Shown: positions 14,797 to 23,261 of the stretch, piece after piece
Layout: each line of letters opens with the position of its first letter
How positions within the stretch are numbered: the stretch's first letter is position 1
From: a virus
Strand: one strand, 5' to 3'
UHGV virus genome: UHGV-0196088
Length of the DNA: 26,857 nt
Notes under the pieces: generated by a model
What the model was told of the DNA's origin: nothing
Database searches by the model: none
Seen by the model: the letters and a program-made list of their open reading frames with translations, nothing else
Made by a program: the position numbers and the translations under genes

Positions 14797-16124
14797 ATCC
14801 TCCTCCTTACAGAAGATTCACTTGTAGATTCCACAGCCGGTTCAGGCTCCAGTTCGGGTTGGGCTGGTTCGTCGGCTTGGGTGGCGGCGTAAGCCCCCGC
14901 AAGACCGAGCGGGAGCATGTTCCCGTTTACCAGGTAGAGGTCGCCGCCAGCCTCGGCAGGGATCTTGTCGAGGTTTTCTAGCTCGCGGATATCGTTGGCG
15001 CTCATCCACCCGTTCTGGCGTGCCACCGCATACCCATCCATCCGTGACTTATAGTCACCTCGCAGGAGGCCTTCGAGGTTGAACTTCACGTAGATCTGCG
15101 GCTTCTCACGCGAGCTGAGCAGGGTTTTAGTGATGGCTTGTTCGAAGCGGATCACCCACGGGTCCAACGTGTACTTCACAAACTCCAGCGACTGCTGCTC
15201 AATATTGGAGAAGCTGGATTTTTCCAGGTCGCCAATCATGTGCGGCGGAATACGGAAGATTCGAGCAATTTCGTTGATCTGAAACTTCCTCGTCTCCAAA
15301 AACTGAGCTTGTTCGGGGCTGACGGAGATGGGCGTGTATTTCATGCCCTCTTCCAACACCGCGATCTTGTTGGAGTTCCTCGCGCCGCCGAACGTTGCCT
15401 GCCAGGACTCCCTAACTCTGGCGGGGTCTTTGATCGTGCCCGGATGCTCCAACACCCCACCAGGAGCAGCACCGTTAGCAAAAAACGATGCGCCGTAGTC
15501 TTCTGTTGCTTGGGCGAGGCCGATGGCGTTTTTCGCCATCGCAATCGGGCTATAACCAACCAGGCCGTCAAAGCCCAGGCCGGGAATATGGAGGACATCG
15601 CGCGCGGCCAACGTGACGGTCTCGTATCTTCCTGTTGGTTCGTCCCATGTGCGCTGATACTCGTAATACAAACGCCCGGCTTCGTCGCGTCCGACGGTCA
15701 TGCGGTTGGGCATCAACGGATACAGGCCGATGACCTCGTCGCGGCCGTTACGGATCACCTGAGCAAACGCATTACCCCAGAGCAGTAGGTGGGTCATCAG
15801 CGTTTCCCTAAAGACAAAGGATGTCATTTCAGGGTTCGGCTCATCATGCAACAACCTGTAGAGCGGATGGTCGAGCGCCTTCACCTTCGCCCCATCACTG
15901 CTCTGCCGGTAAACATGCAACGGCAAACCAGCGATTGCTTCAGCCAAAATCCGCACACACGAATACACGGCGCTCATCTGCATAGCGGACCGTTCCGTCA
16001 CCGGACGACCAGACGACGTCGCCCCAAAGAAGAAGCTATAACCAGTACCGATCGCATGATCTTCGGCGGTGCGGGTGGTGTCGCCGCGCAGCCAATTCAG
16101 GAAACCCATGCGGTGTCCTTTCAC
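14793..16124 (-). CDS. Portal protein (HK97-family type)
   Basis: 443 aa; N-terminal GFLNWLRG...SAVYSCVRILAEAIAGLPLHVY is typical of HK97-family portals; downstream of the large terminase. Confidence 0.9.
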   Translation of the reverse strand: MKGHRMGFLNWLRGDTTRTAEDHAIGTGYSFFFGATSSGRPVTERSAMQMSAVYSCVRILAEAIAGLPLHVYRQSSDGAKVKALDHPLYRLLHDEPNPEMTSFVFRETLMTHLLLWGNAFAQVIRNGRDEVIGLYPLMPNRMTVGRDEAGRLYYEYQRTWDEPTGRYETVTLAARDVLHIPGLGFDGLVGYSPIAMAKNAIGLAQATEDYGASFFANGAAPGGVLEHPGTIKDPARVRESWQATFGGARNSNKIAVLEEGMKYTPISVSPEQAQFLETRKFQINEIARIFRIPPHMIGDLEKSSFSNIEQQSLEFVKYTLDPWVIRFEQAITKTLLSSREKPQIYVKFNLEGLLRGDYKSRMDGYAVARQNGWMSANDIRELENLDKIPAEAGGDLYLVNGNMLPLGLAGAYAATQADEPAQPELEPEPAVESTSESSVRRRI

Positions 16125-16139
16125 ATGTAGAATTGGAAT

Positions 16140-16511
16140 ATGAAAGCGCCCTCAAAACAGTCGTGGGCACTGATGAGTGTCCTGCTAGTGGCATTTTGGT
16201 TGTTGCCGCTCATCTCCATGTGGATCAGCAGGCTGAGCGATCCCAACGCCAAGTGGTTCATCGCGTTGCTCTTCCTCGCGTTTCCACTACTCACCATCGT
16301 TTTGAGCGTTATCGATGGGGCACGCCACGGGTTCGGCTGGTGGTGGCTACTGGTCCCGTTCGCAGGGTTCTTGACCACACTGTTCGTGTACTACAACGAT
16401 TCAGCTCTCATCTACGGCGTCGCCTACTCGATCTTGGGACTGATCGGCACAGGCATCGGCGCGTTCATCCATGCGCGTACTCACAGCACGAGTAGGCCGC
16501 GTTCGTCATAA
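16140..16511 (+). CDS. Four-TM integral membrane protein, opposite-strand accessory gene
   Basis: 123-aa ORF with four clear hydrophobic helices. It occupies the gap between the TerL stop and the portal start and overlaps the TerL 3' end convergently by about 30 nt. A TAGAAT -10-like hexamer lies just upstream, implying a short or absent leader. Confidence 0.6.
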   Translation: MKAPSKQSWALMSVLLVAFWLLPLISMWISRLSDPNAKWFIALLFLAFPLLTIVLSVIDGARHGFGWWWLLVPFAGFLTTLFVYYNDSALIYGVAYSILGLIGTGIGAFIHARTHSTSRPRSS

Positions 16512-18112
16512 ACACTGCCGCTGACGTGCCCGCTGCCGTTTCGGATAGCGCGGTCAAGAGCCATGATGGTGGCGACCACGCCGTCAATCTTCTCCGTGGA
16601 CTTTTGCTTGTCGGGTTTGATGTTTCCTGCTGGGTCGGTGCGAACGTGAATGTTGTCTACCATCCATGACAGGACTGGGTGACCGCCATGGGCGAGCTTA
16701 CCTTCGAGTGCGAGCTTCATCAGCTCCTTCGACGGCGGGCTCATATCCTTAAAGCCCTGCCCGAAGGGAACGACGGTGAAACCGAGGCCTTCGAGGTTTT
16801 GACTCATTTGCACAGCACCCCACCGGTCGAACGCAATCTCACGAATATCAAACCGTTCACCTAGCTGTTCAATGAAGGCTTCAATCGCTCCGTAATGAAC
16901 GACGTTGCCCTCAGTCGTCTCTAGGTAGCCTTTTTGCTGCCACAGGTCGTAGGGCACATGGTCACGGGCTACTCGCAGTTTGAGGTTGTCTTGCGGTATC
17001 CAGAACCATGGCGCAATCACATACCGCTCGTCACCGGTTTCGGGTGGGAAGACGAGCACGAACGCGGTGATATCCGTCGTCGAGGCAAGATCGAGCCCGC
17101 CGTAACACACCCGCCCCTCCAAATCTGACAGGTCGACGGGTGCGTTGTTTTGGTTCCACACGTGCATGGGCATCCACCGCACGCTTTGTTTGACCCATTG
17201 GTTGAGGCGAAGTTGTCGGAACGTGTTCTCCTCAGCCGGATTCTGCCTGGCCGAGGTGCAGGCTTGGCGGACTTTCTCAATCGGAACCGTGATCCCCAAG
17301 CTCGGATTAGCCTTATGCCACACGTCCTCGTCGGTCCAGTCATCCTCTCTGTCAGCACCGTAGATGACCGGGTAGAACGTCGGGTCATGTTTCTTGCCTG
17401 CGAGGATGTCTTCAGCTTTCTCATGCTGCTCATAACAAATCGAATGCGTGTCGGTACCGGCCGTCGTGATGAGGAAGTACAACGGCTGCGTGCGAGCATC
17501 ACCCGAACCCTTGGTCATCACGTCGAACAAGGCACGGCCCGGTTGGGTGTGGAGTTCGTCGAAGACGACACCAGAAATGTTGAACCCGTGCTTCGAATAC
17601 GCCTCAGCGCTCAACACTTGATAGAAGGAGTTGGTGGGCTTGTAAATAATCCGCTTCTGCGAGGCAAGAATCTTGACACGCTTGGACAACGCTGGACTCA
17701 TGCGGATCATGTCCGCCGCGACCTCAAACACAATCGAGGCTTGCTGGCGGTCTGCCGCACACCCATACACTTCAGCGCGTTCTTCACCATCCCCGCAGGT
17801 GAGCAGGAGCGCGACCGCTGCGGCAAGCTCCGACTTGCCCATCTTCTTCGGAATCTCGACATAGGCGGTGGTGAACTGGCGGTAACCGTCCGCTTTGACG
17901 GTGCCGAACAGGTCACGGATGATCTGCTCTTGCCAATCAATGAGCTGGAACGGTTTGCCTGACCAGCGGCCCTTCGTGTGCTTGAGCGCTTGAATGAAGG
18001 CCACCGCATAGTCGGCTTTGCGCTTGTCATAGCGTGAGCCGTCAGCCATGAACCGGGTTGGCGTATAGGTTTCTAGTTGACGCATCGTGTCCCACCTCCT
18101 CTCCAGTGGCAT
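16481..18112 (-). CDS. Terminase large subunit
   Basis: ORF-track coordinates; the probable true start is the ATG near 18085 (MRQLETYTPTRF...), preceded by GGAGAGGAGGTG. Contains a TKGRWSGKPFQLIDWQ motif, an ATPase Walker-A-like KKMGKSELAA, and a C-terminal nuclease domain. Confidence 0.9.
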   Translation of the reverse strand: MPLERRWDTMRQLETYTPTRFMADGSRYDKRKADYAVAFIQALKHTKGRWSGKPFQLIDWQEQIIRDLFGTVKADGYRQFTTAYVEIPKKMGKSELAAAVALLLTCGDGEERAEVYGCAADRQQASIVFEVAADMIRMSPALSKRVKILASQKRIIYKPTNSFYQVLSAEAYSKHGFNISGVVFDELHTQPGRALFDVMTKGSGDARTQPLYFLITTAGTDTHSICYEQHEKAEDILAGKKHDPTFYPVIYGADREDDWTDEDVWHKANPSLGITVPIEKVRQACTSARQNPAEENTFRQLRLNQWVKQSVRWMPMHVWNQNNAPVDLSDLEGRVCYGGLDLASTTDITAFVLVFPPETGDERYVIAPWFWIPQDNLKLRVARDHVPYDLWQQKGYLETTEGNVVHYGAIEAFIEQLGERFDIREIAFDRWGAVQMSQNLEGLGFTVVPFGQGFKDMSPPSKELMKLALEGKLAHGGHPVLSWMVDNIHVRTDPAGNIKPDKQKSTEKIDGVVATIMALDRAIRNGSGHVSGSVYDERGLLVL

Positions 18113-18116
18113 AAGA

Positions 18117-18140
18117 AAAGCCCCAACAAGCGGGGCGAAA
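18117..18140 (-). terminator. Weak intrinsic terminator candidate upstream of TerL
   Basis: On the minus transcript: GCCCC-GCUUGUU-GGGGC followed by UUUUCUUAU, between the small ORF ending at 18195 and the TerL RBS. Confidence 0.3.
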
Positions 18141-18194
18141 AGTTCTCAGCGCACAGCGCCCAAACCATGTAGGTACAGGCGCGTTGCGCAGGGT

Positions 18195-18389
18195 TTAGAT
18201 CAGGGCGTCGAGCGCGGCATATTCAGCGCGACGCTGGTCGAGCTGGTGGGCGATGATGGAGGAGCGGAAGCCGTTCTTCTCCCGTCCCAGCTTGTTTTCT
18301 AGGGCGGTGATCTCGGCCTTGCGACGTTTCATCACCTCGATCGTGTCGCCGCCTTGGATTGCTTGCTTGTCGCGTTCGAAACTGTTCAT
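18195..18389 (-). CDS. Small hypothetical protein (64 aa, charged, predicted helical)
   Basis: The ORF track extends to 18518, but the ATG near 18389 (MNSFERDKQ...) is 8 nt downstream of AAGGAG. Preceded by leader element copy A. Confidence 0.5.
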   Translation of the reverse strand: MNSFERDKQAIQGGDTIEVMKRRKAEITALENKLGREKNGFRSSIIAHQLDQRRAEYAALDALI

Positions 18390-18395
18390 GACCAT

Positions 18396-18490
18396 CTCTC
18401 CTTCTCTTGTTTGGTCATGTACATACAGCCATAGACCCGCGACTATATCCAGTCGTTTTCGGCGTATTTTCAAGGGAAAATAGCGATGGT
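18396..18490 (-). promoter_or_regulatory. Conserved leader element, copy A (candidate promoter/operator plus RBS)
   Basis: Core CTTGTTTGGTCATGTACATACAGCCATA (plus strand) with flanking conservation (TATCCAGTCGT, GAAAATAG); about 95 bp near-identical to copy B. Contains the palindrome ATGTACAT and ends in the RBS of the downstream ORF. Confidence 0.6.
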
Positions 18491-18606
18491 CGCCACTCGC
18501 GCACTGAGGCGTTGTCACGAGCCAAACAAGACGGAAGATGCGCCCAGTATGTAAGTGGCAAGCCCAGATCCGTGCCCTGGTCGGTGTGGGTTGGGGCTAG
18601 CGCGGT

Positions 18607-18879
18607 TTAGAGAGCGTTGATCATGCCGATCGCCCAGGCAGTTGCGTGGCCTTCGTCGGTGAAGGCTTCATCGGATTCGGCAGCGAGCATCACTGGGGCG
18701 TTCTTACCTTGGCCTAGGATCTGGAAGATCGCTACGAAATGCTCGTAGGTGCCGAGGGAGTCGTTCCAGATGCGGTTGGTGGCGATCAGGTGAGTGCCGT
18801 AGCGCATCGCGTGTCCCAGGATCTTGTAGTGCTTGGCAACCGCTGTGGTGGTCTTCAAGGCTGTAAGTTCGTTGTTCAT
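18607..18879 (-). CDS. Small hypothetical protein (90 aa)
   Basis: ATG preceded by AAGGAG at ~7-nt spacing, directly after leader element copy B. No recognisable motif. Confidence 0.55.
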   Translation of the reverse strand: MNNELTALKTTTAVAKHYKILGHAMRYGTHLIATNRIWNDSLGTYEHFVAIFQILGQGKNAPVMLAAESDEAFTDEGHATAWAIGMINAL

Positions 18880-18885
18880 GACCTT

Positions 18886-18985
18886 GCTCCTTCTCTTGTT
18901 TGATCATGTACATACAGCCATACGTCGCCGCGCATATCCAGTCGTCTTCCGCGTATTCACGAGGAAAATAGAGATTCTGGTCTCT
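18886..18985 (-). promoter_or_regulatory. Conserved leader element, copy B
   Basis: Same core as copy A with one mismatch (CTTGTTTGATCATGTACATACAGCCATA) and the same flanking blocks. Confidence 0.6.
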
Positions 18986-18999
18986 CGCTTCTGCTCGGG

Positions 19000-19647
19000 T
19001 TATTCGGCCGGGTGTGGCGCGGTTTTCCACGCCGCATTACCTTCCAAATTCGCAAGTAACACCCGGCGGGCGGTCTTGTATCCCTCGCCAAGCATTCCCA
19101 GGCGTAGGAGCCAGCAGCGCATCGCATACTTATCATTCCCTGGTTCAGGTGGTTTCGGTGAGATGCGGGTGGAGGTCTTGGCTTGCTCGATCATCAGCTG
19201 GATAAGCACGCTAGCCACCTCAATCACCTCCGCCTCAGGAAGCTGATCGAACCAAGCAAACTCAACCGTTCCTTCCACCTCGTCCATCTTCATGGGCGTG
19301 GCCGGAATATCGAGTGCCTTGGCGATGAGTGCTCCCTTGGCGGCGAGCAGGGCTTCGAGCTTCGCTGCTGTGGCCTCGTCCCACCCGGTCGTGGGGAATG
19401 CGAGCGTCAGCCCGTACTCCTCGCCCGTGGGCGCAAAACCAGCCGTAATCGCCGCCTCGGTGAGGGAGTCGGTGTCGATGTCCTCTGGGAGGTGGAGCAC
19501 CCAATCCCGATCTAGCCGGGCTTGCCCGATCAGGTAGTCGAAAGAAGGCGTACCCGCATACACGGGGTTCACGCCGAGATGGGCGGCGAGGGCTTCGGCG
19601 AGTTTCTTGCGCCCTCTCTTGTTCGGGGAGAAAGGAATCCGGGTCAT
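19000..19647 (-). CDS. Hypothetical protein (about 215 aa), translationally coupled to the upstream acidic ORF
   Basis: Likely start MTRIPFSPNKRGRKK... at the ATG near 19647, preceded by GGAGGTG inside the 3' end of the upstream ORF. Basic N-terminus, acidic central region. No recognisable family. Confidence 0.55.
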   Translation of the reverse strand: MTRIPFSPNKRGRKKLAEALAAHLGVNPVYAGTPSFDYLIGQARLDRDWVLHLPEDIDTDSLTEAAITAGFAPTGEEYGLTLAFPTTGWDEATAAKLEALLAAKGALIAKALDIPATPMKMDEVEGTVEFAWFDQLPEAEVIEVASVLIQLMIEQAKTSTRISPKPPEPGNDKYAMRCWLLRLGMLGEGYKTARRVLLANLEGNAAWKTAPHPAE

Positions 19648-19829
19648 GCTGCCACCTCCTGGTCGAACCAAGATGCGATGAAACCGAGATAGTCATCTGG
19701 GTAGTCGTTGATGCAGGTTGCGGCTAGCTCGAAGTCGTGTTCGCAGGCGTACCCGAATGCTTCAGCACGGTTCCACAGGTCGACGCCTGCTTCTAGCATT
19801 TCGGTCAGTTCAATATGTAGTTCGCTCAT
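19644..19829 (-). CDS. Small strongly acidic protein (about 61 aa)
   Basis: MSELHIELTEMLEAGVDLWNRAEAFGYACEHDFELAATCINDYPDDYLGFIASWFDQEVAA: about 14 Asp/Glu against one Arg. GGAGG RBS; the same ATGGTCATGA start context as the ORF at 18389; leader element copy C upstream. Confidence 0.55.
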   Translation of the reverse strand: MSELHIELTEMLEAGVDLWNRAEAFGYACEHDFELAATCINDYPDDYLGFIASWFDQEVAA

Positions 19830-19866
19830 GACCATCCTCCAATTCGTGTTTCCCCCAGTTAGGGAT

Positions 19867-19925
19867 CTTGTTTGGTCATGTACATACAGCCATAGGTGCG
19901 CCCGCTTATCCAGTCGTATTGGCTG
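19867..19925 (-). promoter_or_regulatory. Conserved leader element, copy C
   Basis: Identical 28-bp core (CTTGTTTGGTCATGTACATACAGCCATA) plus the TATCCAGTCGT block; located just 3' of the C5-MTase stop and about 38 nt upstream of the acidic ORF start. Confidence 0.55.
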
Positions 19926-21417
19926 CTTTTTGTAGCCTGTTTAGGACGTATTTCACTACTGGTAATGCCACCCCATTTCCCCACAGTTTGTACTGTGCTG
20001 AATCAGTTGGCGCGGTTTTCAGCCAAGTAGTGATTTGGCTGCGAGTTTTCGGTTTCACGCCCCGTCCTAGGTTCCAGTTCTTCCACACGCCCTCCCAGTA
20101 CCTGATTTCGTCTTCGTCTGGGTCGAGGTTTGTGAGGTTGTCACACCAATAGTCCGGGAAGCCTTGTAGACGAGAACATTCGAGGGGTGTGAGTTTGCGT
20201 GGGCGAAGCATCGTATTAGCGACAATAGGTGGCTGGTGTGAATCACTTGCCAAAAGTGCACCAGCAACATTTGTAGTTGCCCTCGTGAAATGATCAGATT
20301 TCGAAGAAGCATAGATCGGTTCGAGAATGACCATTCCGCCTTGATTGCATGCGGGATTACCGCCAGCTAAATCAAGAGTTTTTGCCACAGTGGTTTCGTA
20401 ACCGCATTCACCACCATATTTACGATTGTCGTGGACGGAATTTATACCGTATACAGGTTGGTCGAGTAGGAGTGGAACATTTCCACCTCCTGTTCCCATT
20501 CGTGAAGTTAAGGTTTGACTTGTTACCTGGTCGCCAATTTCGATGCGCGAATCATTGGGATGGTAATCAAGCATCACCTGCATGCTAGGTTTAAATAAGA
20601 CTTGGTCAGCACCAGTTCCTAATGTGCCTGAAAGGTCATGCTGAATCAACGGCCCTTTACCACCGCCTGGCTTACCGGCACGCATACGAAGAGTTAACGC
20701 CCCGCACCGGTTGCCTGTAGTGCTTGGGCTAATTGCTCGGGCAGGGTTTTGTTTTTCTTCTTTGCTCGCGTCAGGATTCCTTGTGCTGCTTTGGGACTCA
20801 AATAGAATCTCGGGTGCGGATTGTCCTGCAAAATCTGCGACAAGGAAGATACGACGACGACGTTGGGGCACTCCGAAAAATTGAGCATCGAGCACTCGCC
20901 ATGCAAGTGATGCCCCATCTGCCAAGACGTATCCGCTGGTTGCCCAGCTGGTTTCAGGAACAGGAATGCGTGGCGTTTGCTGGCAGGACACCTCGATAAA
21001 CGCTTGCAAGACCGCGGCAAAGTCGGCCCCGTGGTTTGAGGAGAATACGCCCGGCACGTTTTCCCACACAGCATATCTTGGGTAGACACCATGAGTTGCT
21101 TGCCTCATTTCTTCAATAATCCGCACAGCTTGGTAAAACAGTGAGGAGCGAGACCCATCAATCCCGCTCCGCTTACCTGCGATAGATAAATCCTGACAAG
21201 GTGAACCAAACGTGATCACATCCACCGGCTGTAACCGGCCACCATCTAACAAATTAATATCGCCAACATGGCGAACTTCAGGCAGATTTTTCCTCGTTAC
21301 CCGGATAGCGAAGGGGTCTACCTCAGATGCCCACATCGGTTTGATACCAACCATTTTGGCAGCTAAAGGGAAACCGCCCGAACCATCAAACAAGGAACCC
21401 AACGTCAAAGCACTCAC
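19906..21417 (-). CDS. DNA (cytosine-5)-methyltransferase
   Basis: 503 aa with motif I (LFDGSGG), motif IV (GSPCQDLSIAG), motif VI (ENVPG), motif VIII (QRRRRIFLVA), a large variable target-recognition region, and a C-terminal GFPDYW motif. GTG start overlaps the stop of the upstream MTase (GTGA). Confidence 0.95.
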   Translation of the reverse strand: MSALTLGSLFDGSGGFPLAAKMVGIKPMWASEVDPFAIRVTRKNLPEVRHVGDINLLDGGRLQPVDVITFGSPCQDLSIAGKRSGIDGSRSSLFYQAVRIIEEMRQATHGVYPRYAVWENVPGVFSSNHGADFAAVLQAFIEVSCQQTPRIPVPETSWATSGYVLADGASLAWRVLDAQFFGVPQRRRRIFLVADFAGQSAPEILFESQSSTRNPDASKEEKQNPARAISPSTTGNRCGALTLRMRAGKPGGGKGPLIQHDLSGTLGTGADQVLFKPSMQVMLDYHPNDSRIEIGDQVTSQTLTSRMGTGGGNVPLLLDQPVYGINSVHDNRKYGGECGYETTVAKTLDLAGGNPACNQGGMVILEPIYASSKSDHFTRATTNVAGALLASDSHQPPIVANTMLRPRKLTPLECSRLQGFPDYWCDNLTNLDPDEDEIRYWEGVWKNWNLGRGVKPKTRSQITTWLKTAPTDSAQYKLWGNGVALPVVKYVLNRLQKAANTTG

Positions 21418-22715
21418 GATTCACCCCGATCAACATCCCGCACCAAATCCAAATACGCGTATTCCTTGCCCTCACGCAAACAGGTGATACCTGCCGCGTC
21501 CCCGGTGTGTTCGGCATACCGGCGCAAAATCACGGAGGCGTATTTCTCGTCGAGCTCCATCGCATAACAGATGCGGTCGCTGGCCTCGCACGCCATCAAG
21601 GTTGAGCCTGAGCCTGCGAACGTGTCGAGCACGATCGCGTTCGCCTGAGTGGAGTTCCCAATCGGATAAGCCAACAAATCCAGCGGTTTAGAGGTGGGGT
21701 GGTCGGCGTTGCGGCGTGGCTTAGCGAAATTCCAGATCGTGGTCTGCTTACGATCCGCATACCAGCGATGCTTACCCGTCTTCACCCATCCAAAGAGCAC
21801 CGGCTCGTGCTGCCACTGATACGGGGAACGTCCCAATACGAGGGAATCTTTGACCCAGATGCAACATCCGGAGAGGTAGAAGCCAGCGTCTTGGAAGGCT
21901 CTGCGGAAGTTTAAGCCTTCAGTGTCAGCGTGAAAAACGTAGGCGGACGCGCCCTTCTCACACACGCCCGCCATATTCGTAAACGCTGCGAGAAGGAAGT
22001 CGTAGAACTTATCGCCATCCATCTTGTCGTTCTTAATCGACAAACCCGACCCTGATTCGAAGGCGACGTTATATGGCGGATCGGTCAACACAAGATTCGC
22101 ACGCTTACCATCCATCAACAACTCGACGTCCTCGGCGCTGGTGGCGTCGCCACAGACAAGTCGGTGGCGGCCGACTGTCCACACATCCCCACGCTCCACG
22201 AAAGTAGCAGCTTCTAACGCGGCGGTGAGGTCGAAATCATCATCCTCCACATCACCCTCATCCAATGAGCCGATAAGCTGCGCGATCTCAGCATCGTCAA
22301 AACCGGTCAGTTCAGCATCGAAATCCGAAGAGTCAAGGTCAGCGATGAGGAGGGCAAGTTTGTCGTTGTCCCATTCGCCACTGATCTTGTTCATCGCAAC
22401 GTTCAGCGCCTTTTCGCGCATTTCGTCAAGTTCGACGACGACGCAGTCCACGGTTTCTTGTCCCAAGTGTTTGAGAACGGACAATCGCTGATGACCAGAG
22501 ATGACGGTGTTGTCATTCGCCGCGTTAACCACCACTAGCTCGACGTAGCCGAACTCAGTCAGGGAGCGCTTAAGCTTTTCAAACTCAGCATCGCCAGGCT
22601 TGAGTTCCTTACGCGGGTTATATGCGGCAGGTTTCAGTTCAGCTATCGGTAGCTGCTTGATTATCATGGACATAGGTGGAGCCTTTCTTGAATAAGAAGC
22701 TGGCTGATGCCCCAA
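21414..22715 (-). CDS. ParB-like nuclease domain fused to an N6-adenine (DPPY-type, beta-class) DNA methyltransferase
   Basis: N-terminal ParB-like region (IAELKPAAYNPRK...ISGHQRL), then DPPY (LVLTDPPYNV) followed by FAGSGST. The likely true start is MSMIIKQ near 22673, which would reduce the overlap with the HNH gene. Confidence 0.9.
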   Translation of the reverse strand: MGHQPASYSRKAPPMSMIIKQLPIAELKPAAYNPRKELKPGDAEFEKLKRSLTEFGYVELVVVNAANDNTVISGHQRLSVLKHLGQETVDCVVVELDEMREKALNVAMNKISGEWDNDKLALLIADLDSSDFDAELTGFDDAEIAQLIGSLDEGDVEDDDFDLTAALEAATFVERGDVWTVGRHRLVCGDATSAEDVELLMDGKRANLVLTDPPYNVAFESGSGLSIKNDKMDGDKFYDFLLAAFTNMAGVCEKGASAYVFHADTEGLNFRRAFQDAGFYLSGCCIWVKDSLVLGRSPYQWQHEPVLFGWVKTGKHRWYADRKQTTIWNFAKPRRNADHPTSKPLDLLAYPIGNSTQANAIVLDTFAGSGSTLMACEASDRICYAMELDEKYASVILRRYAEHTGDAAGITCLREGKEYAYLDLVRDVDRGES

Positions 22716-23206
22716 TCGCCAATAAGTTCGTAGACACGTTTCGTTTCTGCTTCAACCTTCGGGTGGCACGAGCGGCAAAGAACTGCGAGATTATTGCCCC
22801 AGCGCTCGCCTCCACATTTGGTTGGGATGATGTGGTGCACAATGAGATTGCACCTGCTTCCACACCGTCTGCAGATCCCGCGTTTGCGAAGCTTTTGAGA
22901 GAGCTGCTGCCAGTGATAGTCATAGGGACCATACGTGCGCATCGCCTGAGCGTTTTGCCTCAAGACGTTAGTTAGTCGCTGTCTTTTCGAATCGGAGTAT
23001 TCACGCCATTTGCAAGATGTGTGCGCACCGATTTTCGCTTTTGTTTCGGGCGAATGATAGTTCTCACCAAGAGCCTCCTTGCGTCGTCTGAGGCCTGCCG
23101 AAACTTTCTTTCTAAACTCAGGATCTTTGTTCTTCTCAATGAGGTCTTTGCGGCTCTTTTGCCATTCATTTTGACAAGGCACCGAACAAAAGAATTGAGA
23201 AGGCAC
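22664..23206 (-). CDS. HNH endonuclease
   Basis: C-terminal HNH/zinc motif (CRRCGSRCNLIVHHIIPTKCGGERWGNNLAVLCRSCH) and a basic N-terminal region. The gene is visibly lower in G+C than its neighbours. The start is uncertain (GTG at 23206 or an internal ATG). Confidence 0.8.
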   Translation of the reverse strand: MPSQFFCSVPCQNEWQKSRKDLIEKNKDPEFRKKVSAGLRRRKEALGENYHSPETKAKIGAHTSCKWREYSDSKRQRLTNVLRQNAQAMRTYGPYDYHWQQLSQKLRKRGICRRCGSRCNLIVHHIIPTKCGGERWGNNLAVLCRSCHPKVEAETKRVYELIGDWGISQLLIQERLHLCP

Positions 23207-23261
23207 CCGATTTCAGGCATACCTACGCGTTCCCCGCACACCGCATGTGGCGCATTCGTAT

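Noticed and set aside
17150-17962. Plus-strand 270-aa ORF inside the terminase large subunit gene
   Set aside because: Antisense to a TerL gene with clear terminase motifs; no independent support.
18407-18610. Plus-strand small ORFs starting TTG in each repeated element, encoding LFGHVHTAI...YPVVF peptides
   Set aside because: No purine-rich RBS upstream (the preceding sequence is the complement of the minus-strand RBS) and rare TTG starts. The conservation is better explained as leader/promoter elements for the minus-strand small genes. Some codon-like variation was noted, so this remains an alternative.
22664-22715. Apparent 52-nt overlap between the HNH gene and the ParB-MTase ORF
   Set aside because: Probably an artefact of the longest-ORF start; an internal ATG (MSMIIKQ, near 22673) leaves only a short overlap consistent with translational coupling.
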